A stretch of 32,174 nt of DNA, from positions 1 to 32,174 of IMG/VR virus record IMGVR_UViG_3300031949_001619. One strand, 5' to 3'. The notes beneath the pieces are model-generated. The model saw only the letters and a program-made list of their open reading frames with translations. It made no database searches and was not told where the DNA came from. Shown here in pieces: positions 1 to 9,928 of this stretch. The position numbers were made by a program, and so were the translations under genes. Numbering within the stretch: position 1 is the first letter of the stretch; every line of letters begins with the position of its first letter. The DNA comes from a virus (Duplodnaviria; Caudoviricetes).

Positions 1-54
1 AAACCTAATAGAATTTAAATATGAAGCTGTTCGGAAAATTTAAAGGATAAAAAA

Positions 55-3000
55 TTGTCTAACGACTTTGAACAAGTAAAAAATGCTGTTAATCTGCAAC
101 AGATAATCCTACAGGAAACTCATCTCCAAATGAAGGGGCATCATCTTGAGGAGTGTCCTTTTTGTGGTGGACATGAATGTTTTTCTATAAAAGATAATCA
201 CTATAAATGTTTTCAGTGTGATGCAGGTGGTGATGTTTTTAATTTTTTTGAAAAATTTCATAACCTCGATAAAACATCAGCTCTTCAGAAAGTAGCGGAT
301 CTCGCCGGTATTGAATTAACTCAGAAAAAAACAAAGACACAAGAAAAAGAAGCCGAGGTTCGTTATGAATTATATCAATTGGTGGCTAAACACTATCATG
401 ATGCCATGCTTTTTCCTGATGGATCAGGCTTTAAATGGTTCTGTACTACACGTGGGCATAAACCTGATACAATCAGGAAAATTTCTGCTGGCTGGTCTAC
501 TGGCTCATTGATTCCATTTCTACAGGAACAAGGGTTTTCTAAAGAACAGCTCCTCGAATATGGGCTTGCTAAGAATAAAGATAAAGATGGTAAAGACATT
601 CCCATTAGAGAATATTTTTGGAAAGGGCTCGCTCCATTTCCGGTGATTGATCATAACGGACGGGTTATTACTTTCACTGCAAAAGATCCTCAGAAAAAAG
701 TTAAAGGTTTAATGCTTCAGGGTGTGACGAAGAAATGGTTCCTTAATTTCGCGGCTCTCGGCAGGCATCAGGAGACGTTTATTGTCGAAGGTGAAAACGA
801 TATAGCGAGTCTCCTTGATGTCGGCATAGAGAACGTCGTCGGTACGGCCGGAGCTCCGGGACAGGAGCAAGTTGTTCTCTTAAAAAACTTCTGTAATGGT
901 AAGACGCTGTATTTGTGGTTTGATAAGGACAAGCAGAAAGACTATAAAAAATATTCGGGCGGAGCCCATCATATAGAATTCCTTTACACTAAACTCTACG
1001 AGAGCGATGTCAAGGTCCGGATTATTCTGCATCCCGGCGAAGAGAAGGATCCTGACGAGTTCATCCAAGGACTCCTAAAAGCCGGTAAGAAGGAAACTGA
1101 GATAAGAAAAATCATCAGGGACCTGAAGGACGACGCAGCGGAACCCCTCATATGGGAACTGGCACAATTAAAAAACATTCCCGAAACTAAGGACCGGCTG
1201 GAAGCTTTTAAACTCCGTAAACTGCCACAGGCTCTAAATGCAATAAACACAATGGCTGATCAGGAGGTCTATTTTGCGCTGGCTGCTAAATCCATAGGGA
1301 TATCCATCAAGGCCGTTGAAGAGCTGGTAAATCAGGCTGTTGATCTTTATGACAACATCTCTAAAGGATTTGGAGGACAGGCAGGCATCAAGAAGGCTGA
1401 TCCGCTGGAGCTTGCCGAATATATATATAAATGGTTTAACAATGGCGTAGGAGCACGCTTTTTTAAAACACAGGACAAGAAAGTGTATTTATTCTACCAG
1501 CGCAAAATCTACGAGATAGGCAATAACCTTGAGTTTAATACATTGATGCAGCAGCTCACGCATCTGGCCGCGATAGAAAAGCCCGGGACAGCGGTTTGGT
1601 ACTTTTTGCAGACTCTCTGTAATCAACATGGCGAACACGTGGATTTAATGAACTGGATGTATACTGACAGAGAACGCGACACTATATATGTCAATTTAAA
1701 TTCCGCTTACAATAAAATAATCCGTATAGCTCCTGAAGAAGAAGTCGCAGTTATAGATAATGGCACAAACGAGCATTTTATCCTCCTATCCTTAAGTCCT
1801 CAAATACGACAGTTTGAATATCAACAAAACATAAGTGAAACCGAAGGTTTCTCCGCGTTAAAATCCCTCTTTATGGACACAACACCCTGCGAAGTGTCAC
1901 AGAGATATTTTTTAATCTGTTGGATCATTTCCGCTTTTATGATGAACTATCAATCAGACAGGGGACTTTTACAAATTATTGCATCCAGCAAAATCGGCAA
2001 GTCTAAAGTTGCAGAGCGGATATCTCAACTTTTTTATGGTGAGAGTTATGTCGGGAAAGGAACTAATCCAGCAGAAACCCGTGTTGCCTTATCAAATCCA
2101 ATCCTTTTTATGGATAATTTGGAAAACAGAGATTTAACATTAGGCAAACTTGACTTACTTCTCGCACTCGCAAATAGCGCTCATAAACCTAAAGCAAAAA
2201 GCGGTAGCGATACAGCTGTTCTATATCAAAAGCTTCTTACTATGGGAATTATCACAAGTATTGAGGCTTTTCCGGGGAAATATCCAGAATTAGTTAATAG
2301 GACTTTTCCCATGCAGCTCGAATCTCAATATAAACTGACAGGCTACATGCATGATGAGGTTATGCGTGAAATATCAAAGAAGCGCAATCTAATCCTCTCG
2401 GTAATTTTTAAAATGATCGGCAGACAGGTACTTCCACGACTGTCCGACAGAACCGATTGGTCTAAGTATATACAAACAAAATTCGCTGGACATGATAAGG
2501 ACCGGAATAATGAGCATATCTGCACAATGATGGTAATACTTGAAGCTATACTCGAGCATATCCCCAACCCCAAGAGAACGAGCAAACCAATAAAAACACA
2601 GAGCTCAGAAATCCTTGATAAGTGGATAACTTTCTGGAATGAGCAGGAGAGCGAAACATCTCTGTCATCAAATACCTTACTTACTCTTATGGATGGACTT
2701 GCAAAAGAAATCTGTATCAAGCTCCGGGGACGTACTGATATAGAATGGCAGGACCACTCCGAATTTTCTGCTCCGTATCCGAATTTCTGTGATAACAGCC
2801 TACCTGGAGGCAAAGGAATGCGAGTAAAGATTTTTGATGATCCTGAATATCTACAACGGTTCTATCTTACAGAATTATATGAGGAGATAGGGGAAGAGGA
2901 AGGGGTATTTATGGAAAACGTTCAGAGGTTTGAATTTATTATAACATCTGCAGAGTTGCATACACTATTCCACCGTTACTGCGCTAATCAACACATCAGA

Positions 3001-3171
3001 AATCCTTACGAAACAATCAATAGTCTGGGTGCCCGGATTTCAAACGATAAACCAATCATGGAAAAAGGTAGCTGGCAATATATCCAGCGAAGCAAGGACC
3101 GCATCACATATAAAAAGATAGGCGGGCATTGGATTTGGCGCTTCTCAAAAAAGATAAAAATGATGGGATAA
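55..3171 (+). CDS. Phage DNA primase-helicase fusion (Zn finger + DnaG-like TOPRIM + C-terminal P-loop NTPase-like region)
   Basis: CPFC..CFQC zinc finger; IVEGEND, FDKD and DPDE TOPRIM motifs; degenerate Walker A ASSKIGKS and Walker B-like LFMDN; TTG start. Confidence 0.85.
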   Translation: MSNDFEQVKNAVNLQQIILQETHLQMKGHHLEECPFCGGHECFSIKDNHYKCFQCDAGGDVFNFFEKFHNLDKTSALQKVADLAGIELTQKKTKTQEKEAEVRYELYQLVAKHYHDAMLFPDGSGFKWFCTTRGHKPDTIRKISAGWSTGSLIPFLQEQGFSKEQLLEYGLAKNKDKDGKDIPIREYFWKGLAPFPVIDHNGRVITFTAKDPQKKVKGLMLQGVTKKWFLNFAALGRHQETFIVEGENDIASLLDVGIENVVGTAGAPGQEQVVLLKNFCNGKTLYLWFDKDKQKDYKKYSGGAHHIEFLYTKLYESDVKVRIILHPGEEKDPDEFIQGLLKAGKKETEIRKIIRDLKDDAAEPLIWELAQLKNIPETKDRLEAFKLRKLPQALNAINTMADQEVYFALAAKSIGISIKAVEELVNQAVDLYDNISKGFGGQAGIKKADPLELAEYIYKWFNNGVGARFFKTQDKKVYLFYQRKIYEIGNNLEFNTLMQQLTHLAAIEKPGTAVWYFLQTLCNQHGEHVDLMNWMYTDRERDTIYVNLNSAYNKIIRIAPEEEVAVIDNGTNEHFILLSLSPQIRQFEYQQNISETEGFSALKSLFMDTTPCEVSQRYFLICWIISAFMMNYQSDRGLLQIIASSKIGKSKVAERISQLFYGESYVGKGTNPAETRVALSNPILFMDNLENRDLTLGKLDLLLALANSAHKPKAKSGSDTAVLYQKLLTMGIITSIEAFPGKYPELVNRTFPMQLESQYKLTGYMHDEVMREISKKRNLILSVIFKMIGRQVLPRLSDRTDWSKYIQTKFAGHDKDRNNEHICTMMVILEAILEHIPNPKRTSKPIKTQSSEILDKWITFWNEQESETSLSSNTLLTLMDGLAKEICIKLRGRTDIEWQDHSEFSAPYPNFCDNSLPGGKGMRVKIFDDPEYLQRFYLTELYEEIGEEEGVFMENVQRFEFIITSAELHTLFHRYCANQHIRNPYETINSLGARISNDKPIMEKGSWQYIQRSKDRITYKKIGGHWIWRFSKKIKMMG

Positions 3172-3199
3172 TGAGAAAAATTATAAAAAAATACATTAT

Positions 3200-3500
3200 T
3201 ATTAATAAAATCAAGCAGTTATGTATGTTTTTTTATTCAAAATGTGAAATTAAAACCGACACAACTTTAAAAATGAAGTTCCCAAGTTCCCCTAATTATT
3301 ATAAGTATATAATTTTAAAAGATAATTTACTTATTTATTTAGGGTCTCTTATGGGGAACTTATGGGGAACTATGGGTCTCTTATGGGGAACTATGTTTTA
3401 CGGTATTACATAGTTCCCCTAATATTAACTATATAATTTTAAATAGGAAACAAAACTTAAGGGAACTTGGGAACTTAGGGGAGGCAGTTTTTGCCCAGCA
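3200..3500. promoter_or_regulatory. Putative replication origin with GGGAACT iterons and an IHF consensus site
   Basis: GGGAACT at 3354, 3365, 3386, 3461, 3469; inverted AGTTCCC at 3277, 3285, 3412; very AT-rich background; AATCAAGCAGTTA (WATCAANNNNTTR) at 3209-3221; immediately downstream of the primase-helicase. Confidence 0.7.
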
Positions 3501-3935
3501 AAAATATATTTATTATTTCTCAGTTATGAAAAAAATAAGTTGTTAGTTGTTATTTTTTTGTTTATTAGTTTTTATTATTTTAAGAGGGAGTTGAATTTAA
3601 TATGTGCTGGGTATTTGTTTATGATTTGGTTTAGGTGGTTTGAAACGGACTTGAAAAAGCTAAATGATAATATGGATTTTGTGTACAGAATGGGTGTTTT
3701 TTGTTATCAATAGATTTGTAACTATATGAAAGATAAAGAATTGTCATACTATTTGGAGTCTGGTGATATGGTTTTAAAGGGGTACCCCCCTCTAAAAATT
3801 TTCTTAGTTTTTGTTTTTAGGTTTATTTATTACTAATTATAAATTGGAGACATATTTAATGGGTTTTTTCGAAGGGTTTATAGGTTTCGTTTGTTTTCTG
3901 ATGTTAGTTTTTAAAAAATGGGGGGTGCGGGGGGA

Positions 3936-4763
3936 ATGATTAATGAGCCTTTCTATGTTGAACGCCTTGTTATTCCTTTTCTTAATTCTATAGTCTGCGG
4001 CGATAATGTGGAGACCATAAAGCAATTACCGGCTGATTGCATTGACCTGACGGTAACAAGTCCTCCATACGACAATCTTAGAACATACGGTGGTTATGAC
4101 TGGGATTTTGAAATAGTGGCAAGGGAATTGTTCAGGGTAACGAAACAAGGCGGCATCATTATATGGGTTGTCGGAGATGCCACGATTGACGGAAGTGAGA
4201 CAGGAACAAGCTTCAGACAGGCTTTGTTTTTTAAGGAAATAGGTTTTAATCTGCATGATACGATGATTTATATGAAAAGTGGGCCCTCTTATCCCTCTCA
4301 GGATAAATACTATCAGGTGTTTGAATATATGTTTGTGTTGGCAAAAGGTAAGCCAAAATCCTTTACCCCTCTGAAGGATAGGGAGAACCGCTGGCATGGG
4401 CAGAAATGGTCTAAAGTGAGAACAAGAAGAAATGCCGCAGGGGAGTTGAAGCGCACGGAATGGAATGCAGAAGAAGGCGGAGAATACGGGACAAGATTCA
4501 ACATTTGGCAATATGCTGTGGGTTTTGGTAATCATGGTGATGATCTCGCTCATGCACACCCCGCAGCATTTCCCGAAGATTTAGCCGCTGACCATATCGC
4601 ATCATGGAGCAACGAAGGCGATATTATCCTTGACCCGTTTTCCGGTTCGGGGACAACGTGCAAGATGGCAAAGAAGCTCGGAAGGCACTATATAGGGATT
4701 GAGATTAACGAAGCATATGTTGAAATCAGTAACAAGCGCATGGCACAGGAGATTCTATTTTAA
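3936..4763 (+). CDS. DNA N4-C/N6-A methyltransferase (beta class)
   Basis: TSPPY catalytic motif, then HPAAFP and DPFSGSGTT SAM-binding motif; ATG 3936 preferred over 3918. Confidence 0.92.
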   Translation: MINEPFYVERLVIPFLNSIVCGDNVETIKQLPADCIDLTVTSPPYDNLRTYGGYDWDFEIVARELFRVTKQGGIIIWVVGDATIDGSETGTSFRQALFFKEIGFNLHDTMIYMKSGPSYPSQDKYYQVFEYMFVLAKGKPKSFTPLKDRENRWHGQKWSKVRTRRNAAGELKRTEWNAEEGGEYGTRFNIWQYAVGFGNHGDDLAHAHPAAFPEDLAADHIASWSNEGDIILDPFSGSGTTCKMAKKLGRHYIGIEINEAYVEISNKRMAQEILF

Positions 4764-4788
4764 GGCATAACAAGGGGATATATCGGTA

Positions 4789-5814
4789 ATGCTTAATCAT
4801 CTTACAGGTTTTCAACGGTCGTTAAGGGTGCTTGAGGGTCTGCAGGAGTGCACTGTAAATGCTTACAGTCAAAAGGTTGAGGAGTTTCTGCGGTGGCTGC
4901 AGGGCAATGACATTTCCTCTGACGACCCTACAGGGCTTACGCGCAAGGAAATAGAGAGTTATCTTGAGTGGTGTTTTTACCGCAAAAACAGCAACCAGAC
5001 ACGGCATACAAAACTTACTGCCCTGTCTAAATTTTTCAGGTACCTGAAATATGAAAATATCATTAAGGAGGACTTCACGGCAAACATCCCCAGGCCCAAA
5101 ATCACGAAGCGTCTTATGCAGGCCTTTATAAAAGACGAAATCTTGCGGCTGTTCAGCCAGATAGACCACACAACAGAAAAAGGGATTCGTGACATTTGCA
5201 TCCTAATCCTCGCTGCTTTTTGCGGCTTTCGTGTCAGCGAGGTCTATAATCTCAACCTTGGCGATATTATTGACGACGGTAAAAATATTGACTTCAATAT
5301 TATAGACTCAAAGCAGGGCGGAAGCCGCCGCGTGTACCTGTGGAAGTCGCCGGGAGTTTACATCAGGCAGTATTATATTATCCGCATAGGACAGGGCGCC
5401 AGAATCCATGACCCATTCCTTGTTTCTTATAAATGGAGATCAGCAACAGGCCGGCGCCTTACGGCCGGCGCTATTGAAATACTTATCAAAAAACTTGCGC
5501 TTAAGGCAGGCATTAAAAGACCGGCGATTAAGACGCACATGCTCCGCGCTGCACATGCGAACAGCTTGCAGCATGTGAAGGGCTATGGATTGCCTCAAAT
5601 AATGCATCGTCTGGGCTGGAAGCATATGTCAACTGCCGGGGAATATCTTGTGGAGCGTGAGCGCATCCACCGCACATACAACAGTCTCTATGAATACTGG
5701 CTCGAGTTTAATCATATATGGAAAAACAAGGAGGAGAATAATGCAAACAACAGTGATGGAAGCGCCTGCGCTTCCCCTGGACCTCTGGAACAAGGAGTTG
5801 TTATTGCCAAGTAG
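4789..5814 (+). CDS. Tyrosine recombinase (XerC/D-like architecture)
   Basis: N-terminal core-binding-like region (ALSKFFRYL); catalytic GFRVSE, HMLR and RLGW...EY. Confidence 0.9.
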   Translation: MLNHLTGFQRSLRVLEGLQECTVNAYSQKVEEFLRWLQGNDISSDDPTGLTRKEIESYLEWCFYRKNSNQTRHTKLTALSKFFRYLKYENIIKEDFTANIPRPKITKRLMQAFIKDEILRLFSQIDHTTEKGIRDICILILAAFCGFRVSEVYNLNLGDIIDDGKNIDFNIIDSKQGGSRRVYLWKSPGVYIRQYYIIRIGQGARIHDPFLVSYKWRSATGRRLTAGAIEILIKKLALKAGIKRPAIKTHMLRAAHANSLQHVKGYGLPQIMHRLGWKHMSTAGEYLVERERIHRTYNSLYEYWLEFNHIWKNKEENNANNSDGSACASPGPLEQGVVIAK

Positions 5815-6217
5815 ATGGGATAATAAAAAAACCCTTACCCGTCTTTTCCAGAGTTATGTTAATAATTTTGGCAGCGCTGCCGGAGGCAAAATAATACATG
5901 CAATTATTTTTGAGCTTGGAGGCCTGCGCCTGACAATTCCGGAGGACTATCGCTCAGGAAACAATGAACTTATCTCATCTCTCAGAACTCATCTGTACGA
6001 TACCTTTGGCGAGGCCTCGGGGAATGCTGTAATGAAAAAATTTTTAATGGAACTCAAGGGACTGCGGATATCGTTTCCAAATTTTCAAACCTTAAATATA
6101 CAGGAGAGAAATCAGAGAATCAAAAACCTGGCTGGGAAAATGACTATTACAGAGCTGGCCCTGCGTTTTGCGCCATTGTCAAAATCACAAATATGGAGGA
6201 TTGTTAATGAGGAATAA
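5741..6217 (+). CDS. Mor/C-family late transcription activator
   Basis: ELGGLRLTIP and ELKGLRISFP Mor-type motifs, then ERNQRI...ITELALRF.LSKSQIWRIV helix-turn-helix; SD GGAGGA before ATG 5741. Confidence 0.75.
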   Translation: MQTTVMEAPALPLDLWNKELLLPSRWDNKKTLTRLFQSYVNNFGSAAGGKIIHAIIFELGGLRLTIPEDYRSGNNELISSLRTHLYDTFGEASGNAVMKKFLMELKGLRISFPNFQTLNIQERNQRIKNLAGKMTITELALRFAPLSKSQIWRIVNEE

Positions 6218-6234
6218 TATAAAAGGAGGACATT

Positions 6235-6365
6235 ATGTCTGAAAGAATTTTAATTACTGGCGGTTGTGGATTTATTGGGCATCATATGGTTGAGCATATT
6301 CTGAAAAATAGAGTTTGAAAAAGACCATACAGTGGTATTTAAATAATCTGCACTGGTTTGAATGA
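6235..6365 (+). pseudogene. Internally deleted NAD-dependent sugar epimerase/dehydratase (RfbB-like)
   Basis: Strong SD, then MSERILITGGCGFIGHHMVEHILKN (GxxGxxG Rossmann motif) with stop at 6318, joined out of frame to the typical C-terminus SLKKTIQWYLNNLHWFE*. Confidence 0.8.
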
Positions 6366-6408
6366 GGGAGGATGATAATAATGAAGGGTATAGAAGAAAT
6401 AGGCACAG
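6311..6408 (+). repeat. 98-bp direct repeat, copy 1 (copy 2 at 7370-7467)
   Basis: 96/98 identical by manual alignment; the only difference is AC at 6329-30 versus TG at 7388-89. Confidence 0.95.
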
Positions 6409-6457
6409 TCTCACCGTGTCCAGTTGAATGTTTTGTTAAATCTCACTGTGCGAGGTT

Positions 6458-7225
6458 TTGATTTTGATTAATCAGATTTTTAATGAGGATTGTTTACAGA
6501 CAATGGCAAGAATGGAAGATAATAGTGTGGATATGGTTTTGACATCTCCGCCTTACCCTGGTGTTTGCAATATGTGGGGCGATTTATTTAAACCTGAAAA
6601 TTTCCACAAAGCCCATGCTTTTCTTTCTCAGGTTTGGGATGAAGCATTGCGAATACTTAGCCCGGGTGGGAAAATGGCGATTAACATTGCAAATACAAAA
6701 AGGCGTCCTTATCTTCCGAATACATACAAAATCTATCAATGGGCTGAAGAAAAATGTGAAGCTCTTGGAGAAATCATTTGGGATAAGGGATATGGACAAT
6801 GTGGTACAGCATGGGGAAGCTATTGTAACCCTTCTGACCCTGCACTTGCAGACCAGCATGAGTATATTTTGATTTTCAGAAAGGTTGGAGAACGGAAAAA
6901 ACAGGCAGGCTACCATCTGAATGCAAGGGATTTCAAAAGCTGGCGAAATAGTAAATGGAGTATACCACCTGAAAAAGCCTCTGTGATTGGGCATGTAGCC
7001 CCATTTCCACTTGCAATACCACAAAGGCTTATTTTGCTATATACCTATGTTGATGAGATAGTTTATGACCCGTTCATGGGTTCAGGAACAACGGCAGTGG
7101 CATGTGTAAAATTAGGGCGTAATTTTATTGGTTCTGAAATATCGGCTGAGTATGCGGCATTAGCAAATAGGAGGATAGATGAGATTAGAAAACAGGGCTG
7201 TTTGTTTTCGCACAGTGAGATTTAA
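6458..7225 (+). CDS. Second DNA N4-C/N6-A methyltransferase (beta class)
   Basis: TSPPY, HVAPFP and DPFMGSGTT motifs; exact start uncertain (TTG). Confidence 0.92.
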   Translation: MILINQIFNEDCLQTMARMEDNSVDMVLTSPPYPGVCNMWGDLFKPENFHKAHAFLSQVWDEALRILSPGGKMAINIANTKRRPYLPNTYKIYQWAEEKCEALGEIIWDKGYGQCGTAWGSYCNPSDPALADQHEYILIFRKVGERKKQAGYHLNARDFKSWRNSKWSIPPEKASVIGHVAPFPLAIPQRLILLYTYVDEIVYDPFMGSGTTAVACVKLGRNFIGSEISAEYAALANRRIDEIRKQGCLFSHSEI

Positions 7226-7325
7226 CGACTAATTAACCCGCTTGTCGGGTTGAAGGAGATGTTATGTTCAAAAAACATAAACATATTTTTACTTACCCTT
7301 CGGGTAATACAACAGTTCATACTGA

Positions 7326-7424
7326 TGCTACTGCGAATTGGGCTGGATAATACCGAAAGACTTTGATTTGAGTTTGAAAAAGACCATTGAGTGGTATTTA
7401 AATAATCTGCACTGGTTTGAATGA
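7326..7424 (+). pseudogene. C-terminal remnant of NAD-dependent sugar dehydratase
   Basis: Frame reads ELGWIIPKDFDLSLKKTIEWYLNNLHWFE*, matching the ELGW...KTxxWY end of RfbB-like enzymes; no start codon. Confidence 0.75.
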
Positions 7425-7467
7425 GGGAGGATGATAATAATGAAGGGTATAGAAGAAATAGGCACAG
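7370..7467 (+). repeat. 98-bp direct repeat, copy 2
   Basis: Matches 6311-6408; contains the SD and first codons of the GT2-GT9 gene. Confidence 0.95.
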
Positions 7468-9134
7468 AGGCAGAGAGGCACAAAGGCACGGAGGTTGCAA
7501 AGAATCTCACAGCTTCAGTTGCAATTTGTAATCCTGATATCGAGATATTCAGCAAGTTTATTGCATCACTGAAAAAATATACTCCGGAACTTGCGCATCT
7601 GATAATTATTGATAATGCCAGTGAGTCAAAAGAGTTTAAGAACGTACTGAGTACCGCGTACAGCGTACCGAGTAAAGACGAAGAAGGCACAAAGGCAGAC
7701 GCCTTAGTGCCTCAGTGCCTTAGTGCCTTAGTGCCTTTTAAGATAACAATTATAGAAAATAAATCCAATTTCGGTTTTGGCAGGGCGCACAACCTTGCGC
7801 TGAAAAAATGCCAGACCCCCTATTTTGCGATTTTAAACGATGATATTGAATTTTATGAGCCTTGGGCGGGGCAGATGCTCCAACTCCTTAAAACAAACCC
7901 CGGCATTGCACAGGTTGGCCCAAGAATAGGCGTGTGCAATGCCCTGACAGCGCAAGGACAGGGCTTATGGGAGGATACAGACGAGCCTGAATACTGCGAA
8001 GGAAGTTGTTTTATCATGCCGACAAAACTTGCGCGGCAGTTTGGATTATTTGATGAGAGATATGAATTTGCCTATTTTGAAGACACCGACCTTAGTTTAA
8101 GACTCAGAAAAGAGGGATATCTACTCAGGAACGTTAATATTAAATGGAAGCACCACAGGGCAGTCACATCGCAGAAAGTTGAGATGGACCTCAAAGGCTA
8201 TCATATCAATAATGAATATAAATTTAAGAAACGCTGGAATGCATATCTTATCGGCAAAAAGTTCGGCAGGACCATTGTTATTAAACGTTCTGCATCTTTA
8301 GGTGATGTGTTTCTTATTACTCCGGTTATTGAGGCTTTGAAACTGAAAGAACCGGACAGCGTTATAATGGTGATGACACAATATCCGCAGGCTATTGAGG
8401 CTAATAATGACATTGATTATCTGGCGCCGCTCAATCATCCAATCCCATGCGATGAATTCATAAACCTTGATTATGCCTATGAAAAAGATTTTACGAGACA
8501 CATTGTTGATGCCTATGCAGATGTTGCAGGGGTAAAATTAAAAAGAAAAACAGGAATATTATATGTCTCACAGGAAGACAAGGAACTTGTGGATTCCTTG
8601 CTGCCTGATAATTGGGGCAAGTCCATAACTATTGACTACAGCGACACATGGGGAGGCAAGGCATGGGATAAAGAGAAGTATAATGAACTCTCTGCCCTGA
8701 TAAAACCGGACGGCTATAAAATTATTGGTATAGGCTTGGGCCATAATACCGGCAAAAATTATTCTCCTGAACTTAATCTCGTTAATGCCCTTACACCTTT
8801 GCAGACTGGTATGGTAATTGCAAAGAGCGCTCTTTTTATCGGGCATGAAGGTTTGTTAGTGCATTTTGCCCAGGCTGTTAAAGTCCCTGCGGTAGCGCTG
8901 TACGGCTGTACAACACCGGAGCTTGTAAATACCATGACTCCGATATTACATACTGTGGTATCCCCGGCAGCCTGCAGAGGATGCAGACACCGCTATGCCG
9001 CAGGCACCGGCATATTGTGCTCAAGAAATTTTGAATGCATGAATATGATAACTGTTGAGATGGTTTATGAGGGATACAGAACATTAAGACATAAAATTGA
9101 AATGGCGAAAGAGATGAGGCTGGTGAAAAAATAA
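7431..9134 (+). CDS. Bifunctional glycosyltransferase: GT2 (GT-A) + GT9/heptosyltransferase-like (GT-B)
   Basis: IIIDNAS, GFGRAHN, LNDD and YFEDTDLSLR (GT2); SLGDVFLITPVIEALK, HFAQAVKVPAVALYG and Cys-rich CRGC..C..CM tail (GT9). Confidence 0.88.
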   Translation: MIIMKGIEEIGTEAERHKGTEVAKNLTASVAICNPDIEIFSKFIASLKKYTPELAHLIIIDNASESKEFKNVLSTAYSVPSKDEEGTKADALVPQCLSALVPFKITIIENKSNFGFGRAHNLALKKCQTPYFAILNDDIEFYEPWAGQMLQLLKTNPGIAQVGPRIGVCNALTAQGQGLWEDTDEPEYCEGSCFIMPTKLARQFGLFDERYEFAYFEDTDLSLRLRKEGYLLRNVNIKWKHHRAVTSQKVEMDLKGYHINNEYKFKKRWNAYLIGKKFGRTIVIKRSASLGDVFLITPVIEALKLKEPDSVIMVMTQYPQAIEANNDIDYLAPLNHPIPCDEFINLDYAYEKDFTRHIVDAYADVAGVKLKRKTGILYVSQEDKELVDSLLPDNWGKSITIDYSDTWGGKAWDKEKYNELSALIKPDGYKIIGIGLGHNTGKNYSPELNLVNALTPLQTGMVIAKSALFIGHEGLLVHFAQAVKVPAVALYGCTTPELVNTMTPILHTVVSPAACRGCRHRYAAGTGILCSRNFECMNMITVEMVYEGYRTLRHKIEMAKEMRLVKK

Positions 9135-9211
9135 TGTAATAGCTTTGCCGCAGACCTGCCTGCGGCAAGCAGGTTTACACGGATGAACACGGATAACAAG
9201 AGAGATGAAAC

Positions 9212-9928
9212 ATGATATCAGATAATCGTAAAATATGCTGCTTGACTCCTACAGGAGATAGAAAAGACGCATTAAATAGATCACGTTTCTATTTTGAAAG
9301 ATCATTATTGTCACAACCTGTAGATTGGATTGTTGTTGATGATGGTATTGACGCTTATAATCCTGGTGGATGTATATATTTAAGACGTGAACCAGATGGT
9401 CCGAAATCACTTGATCGCCAATTCATTTATGCCGTTAACCATCTTATTGATATGGAATACACCGATATTATTATATGGGAAGATGATGATTGGTATAGTC
9501 CTACAAGAATTCAAAAACAATGTGATGCACTTTTATTGACTGACCTTCATGGTTGGACTAAAGCAATATACTATAATGTGAAAAATAGAGTTTGGTATCA
9601 GCATATGAATAACAGACACGCATCTTTCTATGAGTCAGCAATGAAGATAGAAATAGCCCAATTTCTTGTAAGACAAATCGAAATAAAAAGACTATATAGT
9701 TTCATAGACATGGAACTATGGGAAATACAATGTAATAAACAGTTGGCAGAACCAGATACTCATTGTATTGGTATAAAAGGAATGCCAGGCCGTATGGGAT
9801 TGGGTATGGGACATACTCAGGGAAGCAACTACATCTCTGATTACATTTCCGATAAAGATTTAACTATGCTCAAAAAATTGATAGGTGAGGAGGATACTAA
9901 TTGGTATGAACGATTCTATGAAATCTAA
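9212..9928 (+). CDS. GT-A fold (GT2-like) glycosyltransferase
   Basis: LTPTGDR, WIVVDDG and IWEDDDWY motifs. Confidence 0.7.
   Translation: MISDNRKICCLTPTGDRKDALNRSRFYFERSLLSQPVDWIVVDDGIDAYNPGGCIYLRREPDGPKSLDRQFIYAVNHLIDMEYTDIIIWEDDDWYSPTRIQKQCDALLLTDLHGWTKAIYYNVKNRVWYQHMNNRHASFYESAMKIEIAQFLVRQIEIKRLYSFIDMELWEIQCNKQLAEPDTHCIGIKGMPGRMGLGMGHTQGSNYISDYISDKDLTMLKKLIGEEDTNWYERFYEI

Noticed and set aside
3129-3413. 94-aa ORF after the primase
   Set aside because: Runs through the AT-rich iteron region; its LWGTM repeats simply reflect the iterons.
3936-7225. Restriction-modification system
   Set aside because: Both MTases are orphans; no endonuclease gene recognised.
6311-7467. DGR template/variable repeat pair, or attL/attR
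   Set aside because: Only two adjacent mismatches (AC vs TG), not the pattern of adenine-specific mutagenesis; no reverse transcriptase in the window; the repeat is ordinary coding sequence.
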